Below are positions 25,173 to 35,491 of a DNA stretch of 64,000 nucleotides, in pieces (within the stretch, counting starts at the first letter, position 1; each line of letters starts with the position of its first letter). The notes under the pieces are model-generated. The model had not been told where the DNA came from. It saw only the letters and a program-made list of their open reading frames with translations, and searched no databases. Source of the stretch: a virus. The position numbers were made by a program, and so were the translations under genes. Where the stretch lies: IMG/VR virus record IMGVR_UViG_3300046786_000331, positions 64,001 through 128,000 of that record; one strand, given 5' to 3'.

Positions 25173-25986
25173 GTCTATCTTGGTAAATTTTTTCTCTGCT
25201 TTCTTTAGTTGCAATCAATGGGAGCATAATCAACGACATATCAAATTCTTTCGAATTTCCACTTACTGTTGTTCCGAAATCATATGACGATGCCCTAGCA
25301 TGATGATTATTGTGCCAACCTTGCCCCCAAGTGATCCATGCTAAGAATGGAACGTTGCGACTGTTATCCTTGGTATCAAAGTTTCTGTAACCGTATCCGT
25401 TAGTATGGCAGAATACATTGATGTTACTTTCCATATAAAGACTCACCGCCGCCGGCAACATGAATCCAAATAGCAGCACTTGCCAACCGAATAAAATTAA
25501 TACAGTGATATAGGTTACAAGAATAATCTTAATATAGTTTTTAGCAAACCACATTTGCATAGGATCTCTAATTAAGTCAATTGCATACTTGGGATTGAAG
25601 TATTGATCCCAATCGTGTAACCACATGTGCCAAGCATAGAGCCAACCTTTCGTTGGGCTGTGTGCATCTTTGTCAGTATCGCTATATCTATGATGACTGC
25701 CTCTGTGTATAGCGGCCCAACCCAACGGACTGCCTTGTAGACTTAAACAACCTAGCCATAGCAGAATTGGTTTTAGACCCGGGCGAGCTTCGAACGCTTT
25801 ATGGCTCACGTATCTATGTAGAGTAATAGCAACTCCAACACCTTCGATTAAAATCCACCCTAGTGCAAAATATAAAACATTCGCCCATTCAAATCCAAAA
25901 AACAAATGGAAGAAAATTAGTCCTAGCCAAGCTAGGGCATGGACTGGGTACAAAACGTAGTTAAGGAAGGTGTTTATCTTGTTCAT
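25150..25986 (-). CDS. Membrane fatty-acid (delta-9-type) desaturase
   Basis: His boxes HRYVSH, HRGSHH, WHNNHH; TM segments. Confidence 0.92.
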   Translation of the reverse strand: MNKINTFLNYVLYPVHALAWLGLIFFHLFFGFEWANVLYFALGWILIEGVGVAITLHRYVSHKAFEARPGLKPILLWLGCLSLQGSPLGWAAIHRGSHHRYSDTDKDAHSPTKGWLYAWHMWLHDWDQYFNPKYAIDLIRDPMQMWFAKNYIKIILVTYITVLILFGWQVLLFGFMLPAAVSLYMESNINVFCHTNGYGYRNFDTKDNSRNVPFLAWITWGQGWHNNHHARASSYDFGTTVSGNSKEFDMSLIMLPLIATKESREKIYQDRHDKLHAQ

Positions 25987-26040
25987 AGTGTATTTAACGC
26001 CTCAGAGTGCGGCTAAGAGAGTTTTGTGAGTAGTAAATAC

Positions 26041-26616
26041 ATGATGTTAGTTACTGATCTTTCCAAAGACGATACACATATAAATCTGTGGTATGAATAT
26101 CAATCACAGATAATGGAATCAGACGACCCGTTAATTGAAAATTATCTATACCTAAATCCAAAATCTTTTGCTTGTTTTCCAACAGTAATCGAAGAGGATA
26201 GGATTGTTTGTTTTAGTGCTTTGCAAATTAACAAATGGGGTAATGGTATTGCTCGATGCAGCACTAGAATGTGGGTTCACCCGGATCACAGATTACCAGG
26301 AATGTCAAAATTTTCAGGTGGGGATCGATTTTTAAATACAACGCATTGCTTGCCTATACAATTTGAAGAAGCTAAAAGACTAGGAATAGAATGTTTGTTT
26401 ATTAGCAGAGAAAAGAATAAAGTAGGATTTCAAGAATACATCAATCTAATAAAAATAAATTGCGGATATAGCTTTGTACTAGAAGAACAAAAATATAACG
26501 TATGCGGATCGGAAGAGCCTGTGCCCGAATCATGCAAACAATTCGTAGCCATTTGTCCATTAACAGAGAATGGACACAATGTTTGGAAAGAAAATATGGA
26601 TAAATTTAAATTATGA
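26041..26616 (+). CDS. Hypothetical protein, GNAT-like
   Basis: RMWVHPDHR...LFISRE. Confidence 0.6.
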   Translation: MMLVTDLSKDDTHINLWYEYQSQIMESDDPLIENYLYLNPKSFACFPTVIEEDRIVCFSALQINKWGNGIARCSTRMWVHPDHRLPGMSKFSGGDRFLNTTHCLPIQFEEAKRLGIECLFISREKNKVGFQEYINLIKINCGYSFVLEEQKYNVCGSEEPVPESCKQFVAICPLTENGHNVWKENMDKFKL

Positions 26617-27194
26617 ACACTGAACTTTACTCTAAATATGCCTGGACCCCCGAGTTCCAAAAGCTCAGCGAATGGGGTACACATCTAATAGATGAGGAAA
26701 GAGCCCTGGGTATAGCTCAATTTACAAAAGAAGGACATAATATTGTAAATCGAGTCCTTGATAGAGATTTGCCTAAATGGGTAGTTGATCTGTTTAATGT
26801 TCCTATTAGTCATGTGCAGTTATTTTCTGCACAACCGCATGCTATAGGATCAGTACACAAAGACGGATCAGATAGATTGTGTGCATTTAACATTCCTGTT
26901 AAAAATGCGGATCAAGGAATAATGGAATGGTTAGATGGACCAGTAGAAGGGCGCCTATTAGAGCTTGCCCACACGTCTATTAGATTGCTAAAAGATCGAA
27001 ATGATCGATTAAAAATGGATACTTCTGCCCAAATTCTTCTAGATTTTCCAACATTGATTAATACAAATGAATGGCACAGAGTTGATAATTCTGCAAATAG
27101 TCGCTGGAGACATGTTCTAAGTATTAGATTTTTAAATAATCCCGGCTATCAAGAAGTCAAAGATTCACTATCTGGCTTTTTAAAAAGTGCATAG
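26613..27194 (+). CDS. Cupin/2OG oxygenase-like protein
   Basis: VHKDG...AFNIP...WHRV...RHVLSIRF. Confidence 0.75.
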   Translation: MNTELYSKYAWTPEFQKLSEWGTHLIDEERALGIAQFTKEGHNIVNRVLDRDLPKWVVDLFNVPISHVQLFSAQPHAIGSVHKDGSDRLCAFNIPVKNADQGIMEWLDGPVEGRLLELAHTSIRLLKDRNDRLKMDTSAQILLDFPTLINTNEWHRVDNSANSRWRHVLSIRFLNNPGYQEVKDSLSGFLKSA

Positions 27195-27262
27195 TTAATG
27201 ATTCTGAAATTAATTCTATTTTGAATAAATATTAGAACTAACATAAACCCTGGAGTTTTATT

Positions 27263-28219
27263 ATGCCCTTACAGATTCGCAGAGGCAACACCGCTGAAAT
27301 CAACGCTATCACGCCACTAGTAGGCGAGATTATTTACAATACACAAACCGGAAGCCTCCACGTTGGTAACGGTACAGATCCTGGTGGAGTAATTGCCACA
27401 GCATACAGCAATGACATGGCCAAAGATGCTGCTGCTGAATCTATCGCAGACGGCACACATTCCAATATTTCCTTTACATACAATCCTACAACTAAAGCAT
27501 TAAGTGCAGCGTTGGATGCAAAGATTTCAACAGATTTAAAAGGATCTGTTTATGATGCTACAGATACATTATTGCTAGATGCTACCACAAATACATACTA
27601 CGGAAATGTTGATTCTGTTACCGGTTTGAGTTATTTTAGTGCTGTTAATATTCGTAGCAATGTTTATAGTTCTGTATCTAGTGCATTTTCAGTAACACAG
27701 TCTCATAACATTGCTGATGCCAGAAACGTTTCTTTTTTAAGATCTAGAGGTACTTACAGTTTCCCAACTGATGTACAAACAGGCGACGATCTAGCAGAGT
27801 TTGCATGCCTAGGTTATGCAGGTGGACAATATGTAGTGGGCGGTCAGATTACAGTAAAGGCAGACGACACTGCTATTTCTAGTACATCACTAAGAACCAA
27901 GTTCCAATTCTTTGCTAACGGTGGCGCTGGAGTTCTAAGAGAACAAATTTCTATCGAAGCAAACGGTTTGTTAAAAGCTAACTATGGTATTACAAACAAT
28001 ACACTAACATTAGATGGTAATAAGATTTCAACTATTGTATCTAATGCAGATATCGAATTAGATCCTAGTGGTACAGGTACTGTAGATTTTATGGTTGCTG
28101 AACAAACAACTGTTGGCTCAGCAGGTGGTGCAACTGCATTACCAGCAACTCCTACAAAATACTTTAAGATTAAAGTTAATGGTGTTGCATATGTTGTTCC
28201 AGCATACGCAGTTTCTTAA
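27263..28219 (+). CDS. Virion fibre/structural protein with Mtd-like N-terminus
   Basis: MPLQIRRG...GEIIYNT..LHVGNG; Gly/Thr/Ser-rich; GGAG SD. Confidence 0.7.
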   Translation: MPLQIRRGNTAEINAITPLVGEIIYNTQTGSLHVGNGTDPGGVIATAYSNDMAKDAAAESIADGTHSNISFTYNPTTKALSAALDAKISTDLKGSVYDATDTLLLDATTNTYYGNVDSVTGLSYFSAVNIRSNVYSSVSSAFSVTQSHNIADARNVSFLRSRGTYSFPTDVQTGDDLAEFACLGYAGGQYVVGGQITVKADDTAISSTSLRTKFQFFANGGAGVLREQISIEANGLLKANYGITNNTLTLDGNKISTIVSNADIELDPSGTGTVDFMVAEQTTVGSAGGATALPATPTKYFKIKVNGVAYVVPAYAVS

Positions 28220-28232
28220 TTTAATTGATAAT

Positions 28233-28261
28233 AAAATAGGACCTTCGGGTCCTATTTTTTT
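28233..28261. terminator. Bidirectional intrinsic terminator, identical to 20237
   Basis: AAAATAGGACCTTCGGGTCCTATTTT. Confidence 0.9.
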
Positions 28262-28749
28262 GAATATTCTTTATACCAATTTACTACATCGTGATAGTTT
28301 GTGCCCTTGGGCATGATAAGTGTAAACAGTATTCGATCTCTATCGTCTAAATTTATTACAGTATGTCTTTCTTGAGAATTAAAAATATACCATGTTTCTG
28401 GTTTATATTTTAATTCTACGATAGGTTCAACGTACATATTATCTCGTTCTGGATGAGTAAACAATGAATGAGAATTGTATTCTTCTAATACCATGTTTAA
28501 GGAACATCCAATGTTTGCATCTTTGTGCCAGTGATATACCTGCTTAGATGGAAACTTATACAGTTTAAGTCTACCATTGAACTTGGTAGCAATATCTTTT
28601 ATAAATGGATCTGAATGTATAGTTTCATAAAAGTTTGAAGCAACAGTCATATAAGGAATCCATTGCCACTCTGCCGTAGGGATATACTTTTTAACCGCTT
28701 CTATATTTTGATAGGGCTTGTCCAATTCATAAAAGTAATTACTATTCAT
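28252..28749 (-). CDS. Cupin/2OG oxygenase-like protein
   Basis: WHKD...SLN...RHTV...RILFTL. Confidence 0.75.
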   Translation of the reverse strand: MNSNYFYELDKPYQNIEAVKKYIPTAEWQWIPYMTVASNFYETIHSDPFIKDIATKFNGRLKLYKFPSKQVYHWHKDANIGCSLNMVLEEYNSHSLFTHPERDNMYVEPIVELKYKPETWYIFNSQERHTVINLDDRDRILFTLIMPKGTNYHDVVNWYKEYSKK

Positions 28750-29191
28750 CTAAACGTCTTTCCATAATTACCATCACACCTTTGTAGCCAACAGACTTAC
28801 CAATCTGAAACATTTTTTGATTGTTCAAATTGAACCAGGTTACAACTTTATTGCGACCCAACTCTTTTGTTAAGGCAGATACATTATTGTGCAATTCTTT
28901 ATAGATGCCTTGTTGACGATATGCAGGATCTACATAAGCAAGTACTACCCAAACTCCGCCACTTTCCTTAGATCTTTCTAAATCGTAAAACAATGCTCCG
29001 GCAATGTTATCATTTACTCTTGCCCAAATAACTCCATGTACATCTGGCAAAGAGTTTTTAATATCTCTACCATGCTTACCTGAATTAAGTTCTTGCAACT
29101 TTTCTAAAAAATATTCATTATGTTCGTTACATGATTCGTGAGTTAAAATAACTTCAAATCCCTTTGATGTAATAAATGACGATTGTTCCAT
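28742..29191 (-). CDS. GNAT acetyltransferase
   Basis: AYVDPAYRQQGIY (motif A), N...KSVGY. Confidence 0.85.
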   Translation of the reverse strand: MEQSSFITSKGFEVILTHESCNEHNEYFLEKLQELNSGKHGRDIKNSLPDVHGVIWARVNDNIAGALFYDLERSKESGGVWVVLAYVDPAYRQQGIYKELHNNVSALTKELGRNKVVTWFNLNNQKMFQIGKSVGYKGVMVIMERRLDE

Positions 29192-29235
29192 AGCCTGATA
29201 TTTATTGTGTAAAATAACAGACAATAAATATTGCT

Positions 29236-30129
29236 ATGAATCACACAGACTTGTTTGGATGTAAGTATCCTATAATATCGGCACCTATGAATAAAGTGTC
29301 GGATTTAAAATTAGCAATAGCTTGCCACAACGCAGGTGTGTTCCCTAGTCTATCCTTGTATACTTTTTATGTTATCGATACACTGAGGTTAGATTTATTT
29401 GACACAGCATTAAAAGAGTTTAAATCTCAAACAGGATCCAATAAAATCTTAGTAAGTTTGCTAACATCTGATCTACTCGATAAACAAATTCAAAATATAC
29501 TAATCGAAAATCAAGTAAGTCATTTAGAAGTTATCGATGATAAAACTGTTGTTGACAGCGATGTTTGGAATACAGTAGTTAACGAAACAAAGTTTTTGCA
29601 GAGTAAAAATATTAAGATATTTCTCAAAGCATTAACATCTAGAAACACTTCTCTTGAAGTTGACGGAATAATTTTGAAAGGTAGTAAGGGTGCAGGACGT
29701 GGAGCAGAGTATGTTGACATTGACGAAGAACTAATCCATATCAAGAAAAAGTTTCCTAACATGCCCGTGGTAATGTCTGGTGGGATTACTTGTTCTGCAG
29801 ATATACAAAAGTATTTAGATTTAGGTTGTAGTGCAGTTGCTATAGGAACATTGTTTGCTGCGGCTGAAGAAAGTCCTATCAGTGTCGAAAGCAAACAAAA
29901 GATGATAGATTCAACGTATTCGGATGTAGTAAGATTTGGAAAGGTAAATCAAAATGCTTTAGTTTTTAGACCTTTACCGAATGACGATTATAATAATACA
30001 GTATCATTATTGCACGGGATTAGAAACCCCAAGCAGGGTATTATTTTTGCAGGCAAAGGAATTAATAATATTGAGAAGATACTGCCAATGAAAGATATTG
30101 TAAATGAATTAGTAAAGGATTTGAAATAA
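29236..30129 (+). CDS. Nitronate monooxygenase/FabK-like flavoenzyme
   Basis: YPIISAPM, GAG, SGGI, AVAIGTLF..EES, FAGKG. Confidence 0.85.
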   Translation: MNHTDLFGCKYPIISAPMNKVSDLKLAIACHNAGVFPSLSLYTFYVIDTLRLDLFDTALKEFKSQTGSNKILVSLLTSDLLDKQIQNILIENQVSHLEVIDDKTVVDSDVWNTVVNETKFLQSKNIKIFLKALTSRNTSLEVDGIILKGSKGAGRGAEYVDIDEELIHIKKKFPNMPVVMSGGITCSADIQKYLDLGCSAVAIGTLFAAAEESPISVESKQKMIDSTYSDVVRFGKVNQNALVFRPLPNDDYNNTVSLLHGIRNPKQGIIFAGKGINNIEKILPMKDIVNELVKDLK

Positions 30130-30130
30130 G

Positions 30131-30952
30131 ATGTTTATAGGACATATAAATGATATTCGAGAAAACGAGTATCTGCCATTAAAGCAATTTAATAATAAAA
30201 AAGTTATTTCTAACTCAGATAGCCTACAGCTTATCTCAAATGTGTGCCCACATCAAAAAAGTTTATTAAGCGTAGAGAAAGGATCCGGCGCCAGAGTATG
30301 TCCGTACCACGGATGGAGTTTTGACATAAAGGGAAAGCCGTTAGGTTCAGGATTAACCGCCTGTAAGAATACTAAGGGACTTGAAACACAACCTGTATAT
30401 CAGTGGAACAATTTATTGTTTACAAAGCCTGTGGCGGCTCCTGCTGCGGATTTTATTGATACAAAGAACATGAAACTAGTTGAGACTAGAGTAGATCATG
30501 TTAAGGCATCTGCAAATAATATCATGGATCTATTCTTGGATGTGGATCATATTGAATTAGTTCATGCTGGAGTCTATGACGAACTAGGTATGCCCGATAT
30601 CAGAGAAGTCGATTGGCACTATTATGAGTGGGGCAGTCTGCAACTAGTACCTGGGCCTGACGGTTACGGTGCTGCATGGTTGGCAGTGTATCCTAATACT
30701 ATGATAGAGTGGCAACAAGGAGCAATGTTCATTACTGTTGCTAATGATCTAGGAAACGGTTCTAGCGATGTTGTTGTTTACAAATACAGAGACGTTGCTT
30801 ATACTTCAGAACTATGGGAAACGAATAGTAGAATATGGGAAACCGCTTGGCACCAGGATAAGTCCCAAGCGGAATTGTTAACAGAGTTTAATCAGGATAA
30901 TTTAGAACCTGCCAAACAACATTTTAGAAATTACTTATTTGGTTCTGTATAA
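30131..30952 (+). CDS. Rieske oxygenase alpha-subunit-like protein
   Basis: NVCPH...CPYHGW; DVDHIELVH; QD. Confidence 0.88.
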   Translation: MFIGHINDIRENEYLPLKQFNNKKVISNSDSLQLISNVCPHQKSLLSVEKGSGARVCPYHGWSFDIKGKPLGSGLTACKNTKGLETQPVYQWNNLLFTKPVAAPAADFIDTKNMKLVETRVDHVKASANNIMDLFLDVDHIELVHAGVYDELGMPDIREVDWHYYEWGSLQLVPGPDGYGAAWLAVYPNTMIEWQQGAMFITVANDLGNGSSDVVVYKYRDVAYTSELWETNSRIWETAWHQDKSQAELLTEFNQDNLEPAKQHFRNYLFGSV

Positions 30953-31845
30953 GGAATGTTTTCGTAAAATCTACGAGTTTCACCTGTACCGGATTTTAGA
31001 AACTTAATAAAATCTCTAAACGGTGTACGCATTGCGTGTTTCTCATAAAGCAATGGAGCTTTCAAAAACGGGACTTTTTCAAATCCTGCATACTTAGGAA
31101 AGTAAATCAACTCGTCCTTCCAATATTTTCCGTAGATCAAAGGCTTGATATAATAGTCCCATCGGTCAACAGTTCTTAAATTAACACCTTCCTTGGCTAA
31201 TCCGTTAAAGGCAAAGTATGACCAAGAGTACATACAAGCATGAAGAATTTCTTCGTCTAAAATACTTGCTAGGAACTCACTAGTGTCTCCGTAAAAATGA
31301 AACTTTCCTTTTCTAGGAAGAGATTCAAAGGCACGTTGTCTTGCAATTTCCGGAGTGTTGTATCCCATAAACCAGAAGCTTGCACGTTCTTGCATTGAGA
31401 TAATAACATAGGGATCATGTGTAATAGAAATAAAATCGTAATCGTCTGGCAGTAGGCTTAGGAATTTTTTCTGTAGGATAGAATTAACTTGTATGCCAGT
31501 TGCTTCAGCTTCGGCTTCCATTTCTTCTTTATAGTCGTAAGGATCAAAATCAATAATGTGTGTTTTGATTCCGTACTTCTTATCAACAATTTTTAAATTG
31601 TTGTATTCGTTATCGTTATACCCAGGCAAATACAAAAATGCTGTTTCGACAGGAATGTCTTGTGTTACAAAACTATGCAATACACTTTGGCTGTCAATGC
31701 CCGAACTCAAACTAATCATTAGTTTTGAATTTGATTGTGCAATGTCGAGTGCTCGCTTGTCCGATTCTTGGCGCATATTTCCTACAGGGCGAGTGCAGGC
31801 AGTGTAATCAATATACCATTTGCCATCTTCGAAACCGTGATTCAT
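30931..31845 (-). CDS. PP-loop protein
   Basis: ISLSSGIDSQ...KYAGFE. Confidence 0.7.
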   Translation of the reverse strand: MNHGFEDGKWYIDYTACTRPVGNMRQESDKRALDIAQSNSKLMISLSSGIDSQSVLHSFVTQDIPVETAFLYLPGYNDNEYNNLKIVDKKYGIKTHIIDFDPYDYKEEMEAEAEATGIQVNSILQKKFLSLLPDDYDFISITHDPYVIISMQERASFWFMGYNTPEIARQRAFESLPRKGKFHFYGDTSEFLASILDEEILHACMYSWSYFAFNGLAKEGVNLRTVDRWDYYIKPLIYGKYWKDELIYFPKYAGFEKVPFLKAPLLYEKHAMRTPFRDFIKFLKSGTGETRRFYENIPYTEPNK

Positions 31846-31906
31846 AAACTGTCCTTATAATTAATACCACGTATTTAATGCCTATAAATACGATACGGAA
31901 ATAATT

Positions 31907-33067
31907 ATGCTAGATAAAAAATTAGGTTACTACATCTGCAACGGGCAACACTTTGATTCCAAAATCAAAGCATTTATGTATTCACTAGAAGTAAAACAAC
32001 CAGTTGCCTGGAATTTTAACAATCGTGCATTCAAAGAAAATAATTGGGCCTTGGAACCTGTAGAAACTTTGGATCAATTGTATGATGCTCGAGCTAGAGA
32101 GCTACGAGAGAAATACGATTATATCATGTTAAGTTACAGTGGTGGGGCAGATAGTCATAACATCTTAATGGCATTTGTGCGACAGAATCTACATATAGAT
32201 GAAATAGTCGTTAACACTATGACTAAGGCTACTGAAAAATTTACAGTCTTAGATCCCAATAACAAAGAAAATAAAAATGCCGCGGCAGAGTATGCTTTAC
32301 AAACATTACCTCGCCTCAAGGAAGTAGAACATAAAATTCCTAAAACTAAAATTACAGTTCTAGACTTAACGGATCATTTATTCAATATGCTTGAGGGAGT
32401 AGGTGATGCAAGTTGGATTATGGACAAGCGAGAACAGGTAAACATTGCCGGTGCTACTCGATTCAACTACACACACTTTGATACTATTCGTAAGCAGTTT
32501 GATAAAGATAAAAAAATTGCGTTAGTATTAGGTTTAGAAAAACCAAGGACATATATTGATAATGGAAACCTTTACATTGTATTTCACGATCGTGCTGCTA
32601 ATATGGTTACTGTGGCAGAACATATTAGAGATTACACAAACAGCGCAGTTGAATATTTCTACTGGAGTCCAGACGCCCTTAGGATTCTAACCAAGCAGGC
32701 ACATGTTATCAAACATTGGTTAGAAGCGTTTCCAGAAAATCAAACACTGTGGGCAAAAGAAAACTTTAGTCCAGAGAGTTATAGGTTTGTACACGAACGT
32801 ATTCTCAGAGGATTGTTATATACAACCTGGGATAACAATTGGTATCAGGCAGACAAAGCAGTTAAAGATTGGTACAGTGAATTCGATGCTTGGTTCTATA
32901 ACGGATACGCAGATACAAAAGCCTTCCGTGTTTGGCAGGAAGGCTTGCAGTATTTAGAAAACAACCTTGGCCCTTATGTTAAGAAAGCCAAGGATGGAAC
33001 AGCCGATGCTCTTATTTCGCTGTCTCAGACGTATCTGGTTGGTCCAGTGCGGACTTACCCCAGGTAA
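31907..33067 (+). CDS. PP-loop protein, paralog of 34284-35465
   Basis: LREKYDYIMLSYSGGADSHNIL...GLEKP...EYFYWSPD. Confidence 0.75.
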   Translation: MLDKKLGYYICNGQHFDSKIKAFMYSLEVKQPVAWNFNNRAFKENNWALEPVETLDQLYDARARELREKYDYIMLSYSGGADSHNILMAFVRQNLHIDEIVVNTMTKATEKFTVLDPNNKENKNAAAEYALQTLPRLKEVEHKIPKTKITVLDLTDHLFNMLEGVGDASWIMDKREQVNIAGATRFNYTHFDTIRKQFDKDKKIALVLGLEKPRTYIDNGNLYIVFHDRAANMVTVAEHIRDYTNSAVEYFYWSPDALRILTKQAHVIKHWLEAFPENQTLWAKENFSPESYRFVHERILRGLLYTTWDNNWYQADKAVKDWYSEFDAWFYNGYADTKAFRVWQEGLQYLENNLGPYVKKAKDGTADALISLSQTYLVGPVRTYPR

Positions 33068-33476
33068 TTCTGTTCCACACACGTTCGTGTGTGTAGTAGA
33101 TAATGATGTTGATAATTGTGGCAATTGTTAAAAATGCCGCTGCTGCTTTCCACGAACCTGTCATAATGTAAGGAATCATGAAGTTATTGATTGTAATCAA
33201 TATACGCCATGTAATCGACTTGCTGATAGTTCTAGGCTGTCCATCAACAAACATATTAGTATCACCTGGCTTGCGATTCCATTGTGCATAGTTCCATGCT
33301 CGCTCATGCAACCAATGTAAACACATATTGATAACTGCGGCAACTCCGAGAATCTGTGCGCCAATGATCCAAGAACCCGATACAATGAATCCGTTCAATA
33401 AATGACTTAGTGAAAACAAAACTCGAATAGTTAATGTTTTCGCAATGCTCCGAGATTGTGTCTCTGTATATTGCAT
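33012..33476 (-). CDS. DUF2061-like duplicated membrane protein
   Basis: Two repeats RSIAKT/RTISKSITWR...HERxWN. Confidence 0.8.
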   Translation of the reverse strand: MQYTETQSRSIAKTLTIRVLFSLSHLLNGFIVSGSWIIGAQILGVAAVINMCLHWLHERAWNYAQWNRKPGDTNMFVDGQPRTISKSITWRILITINNFMIPYIMTGSWKAAAAFLTIATIINIIIYYTHERVWNRITWGKSALDQPDTSETAK

Positions 33477-33528
33477 ATTACACCTTAAAGAAAATACTTA
33501 TCAATAATATTACACCATAAATATCGTT

Positions 33529-34287
33529 ATGACTAAGCCAGCGTTATTAATTTTTGGAGATAGCTTTACTTCGGACTATCGTGATCCAAAAAGAGAACAT
33601 TATGAGTTGCGAAAAAACATGTTTACATTTCATGATGAACTAGCTGCATCAGGAATGTTTTCATCTATTAAAAATTTTTCAGCTCCTGGATCTAATTTCT
33701 GGTGGTCCTATGAAGAATTCAAAAAAGTCTACAATCCAAAAACTACAATTGTATTATGGGCAATAACCTATCCCGGTCGTGTGAGTGATTCTAAGTTTGG
33801 ACATGTTCCTAGTTATATTGACGCAGTAGCTAAAATAAAAAATTTTAAAGAAACTAATGTCCTTAAATGGGAGAATTTAGAGTTCTATAAAGCTGCAAGA
33901 GATTATTTCTTTTATATAAGCAATCAAGAGTACAACATCAGGGCTCAACATCTTATTGTAGAATCTATTTTAAAAGATGAATTGCTTGATAATTTTTTAT
34001 TGATGCCGTGTTATCACGAAAGTCTTCCTTTTGCTATTCAGCCCAAACATGCTTTAATTGATATTTTCAATCTAGAAAATCAAGCATTGAATATTAAGAA
34101 CTATGCTGACTGGCTAGACAATTTTACTGATTCGCGATGCAATCATATTACTGAAAAGAATCATAAAATTCTAGGACAGACAATAATCGAACACATTAAT
34201 AATAATAAAAAAATACTAGATATTGATCTACAAAATTTTGTTAAGCCAAGCAAAGAAGAACTTTCAACATATCTTTTTAAAAAGTGA
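33529..34287 (+). CDS. SGNH-hydrolase-like protein
   Basis: IFGDSF, PGS, CNH...NH. Confidence 0.65.
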   Translation: MTKPALLIFGDSFTSDYRDPKREHYELRKNMFTFHDELAASGMFSSIKNFSAPGSNFWWSYEEFKKVYNPKTTIVLWAITYPGRVSDSKFGHVPSYIDAVAKIKNFKETNVLKWENLEFYKAARDYFFYISNQEYNIRAQHLIVESILKDELLDNFLLMPCYHESLPFAIQPKHALIDIFNLENQALNIKNYADWLDNFTDSRCNHITEKNHKILGQTIIEHINNNKKILDIDLQNFVKPSKEELSTYLFKK

Positions 34288-35465
34288 ATACTGTACATCC
34301 AATACTAAACAGCAAATACGGTTGCTGGCTTGTTAATAAAATACCATTTACTTCTAAAGTAGAAGCGTTACGGTATGCAAGCCAGCACGGCAACCCAAGA
34401 GTATATTATTACTTTCACAATCATGTTTGGGAAGGAGTTGATAAAAATACGCTAGGTAAAATTCCTCTAACAACTCTATACAAAGAACGTGCTCTGCAAC
34501 TTAGAGACAAATATGATTATCTAGTTTTACATTATTCTGGAGGCTCTGATAGCCATAACATATTACATACGTTTTTATCTAACAACATAAAATTAGACGA
34601 AGTTACAGTAAGATGGCCAAAGCCATTAGTGGACGGAAAGTTCTATACTCCAAACACTCAAGACAAGAGTGCCAGGAATAGTCCTAGCGAATGGAACTTT
34701 GCTATTAAGCCTACATTAGAATATTTGAAACAATATCACCCGGATATTAAAATAAACATTGTCGACTACGGATCAAACCTATCTGAAAGATTTTTAAAAA
34801 TAGATCATATCGAATCTAGAATTAAATTTAATGGAATTGCTAGAGGCGGACTTGCTAACACTGTTTGGCACGTGGATCCTAAAGTAGAAGGTGCAATGGC
34901 ACAATTAAAAATAGATAGCGTAGGACACTTATTCGGAATCGAAAAACCTATTTTGTATTTTAAAGATAATGCCATTTGGTTTCAATTTATGGATGGTGTG
35001 TGGGACACAGCAATAATGCCCAGGAATAAAATAGAAGAAAAGGTAGAAGCATTTTACTGGAGTCCGGAAATTCCTTTGCTGCCTGTTGAACAAGCATATC
35101 AATCAGCATTGTGGTTCAAGGTAAACAAAGAAAAGCAAAAAGTTATTACCGAACGCACTGGTATGACTGATGCCGATTATCTAAAACAATTTGCAGATCA
35201 AGGCGAAATACACAAAGCAGTCTTGTACAAAGAATCTTGGGATATGAATAAGTTTCAAGCAGGCAAACCTAATATATCTAGAAGCGATTGGTTTTTCTGG
35301 CTATTCGAAAATCCAGAAATGCTATCGATGAGACAGAATTGGGAACGTGCAATGATTCACATTGCTGACGGAATACACGATTCTTATCTAACTAAAGTAA
35401 CAGAGAATCTTAAATTTCTCAGACCCATTCATACAAAATTATTCCATTTGTTGGATCTAGATTAA
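34284..35465 (+). CDS. PP-loop protein, paralog of 31907-33067
   Basis: LRDKYDYLVLHYSGGSDSHNIL...GIEKP...EAFYWSPE. Confidence 0.75.
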   Translation: MNTVHPILNSKYGCWLVNKIPFTSKVEALRYASQHGNPRVYYYFHNHVWEGVDKNTLGKIPLTTLYKERALQLRDKYDYLVLHYSGGSDSHNILHTFLSNNIKLDEVTVRWPKPLVDGKFYTPNTQDKSARNSPSEWNFAIKPTLEYLKQYHPDIKINIVDYGSNLSERFLKIDHIESRIKFNGIARGGLANTVWHVDPKVEGAMAQLKIDSVGHLFGIEKPILYFKDNAIWFQFMDGVWDTAIMPRNKIEEKVEAFYWSPEIPLLPVEQAYQSALWFKVNKEKQKVITERTGMTDADYLKQFADQGEIHKAVLYKESWDMNKFQAGKPNISRSDWFFWLFENPEMLSMRQNWERAMIHIADGIHDSYLTKVTENLKFLRPIHTKLFHLLDLD

Positions 35466-35491
35466 ATAGCTCTACACTATCAAGGAAAACC

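Noticed and set aside
27263-28219. Diversity-generating retroelement target
   Set aside because: Only the N-terminus is Mtd-like; no reverse transcriptase or template/variable repeat pair is in the window.
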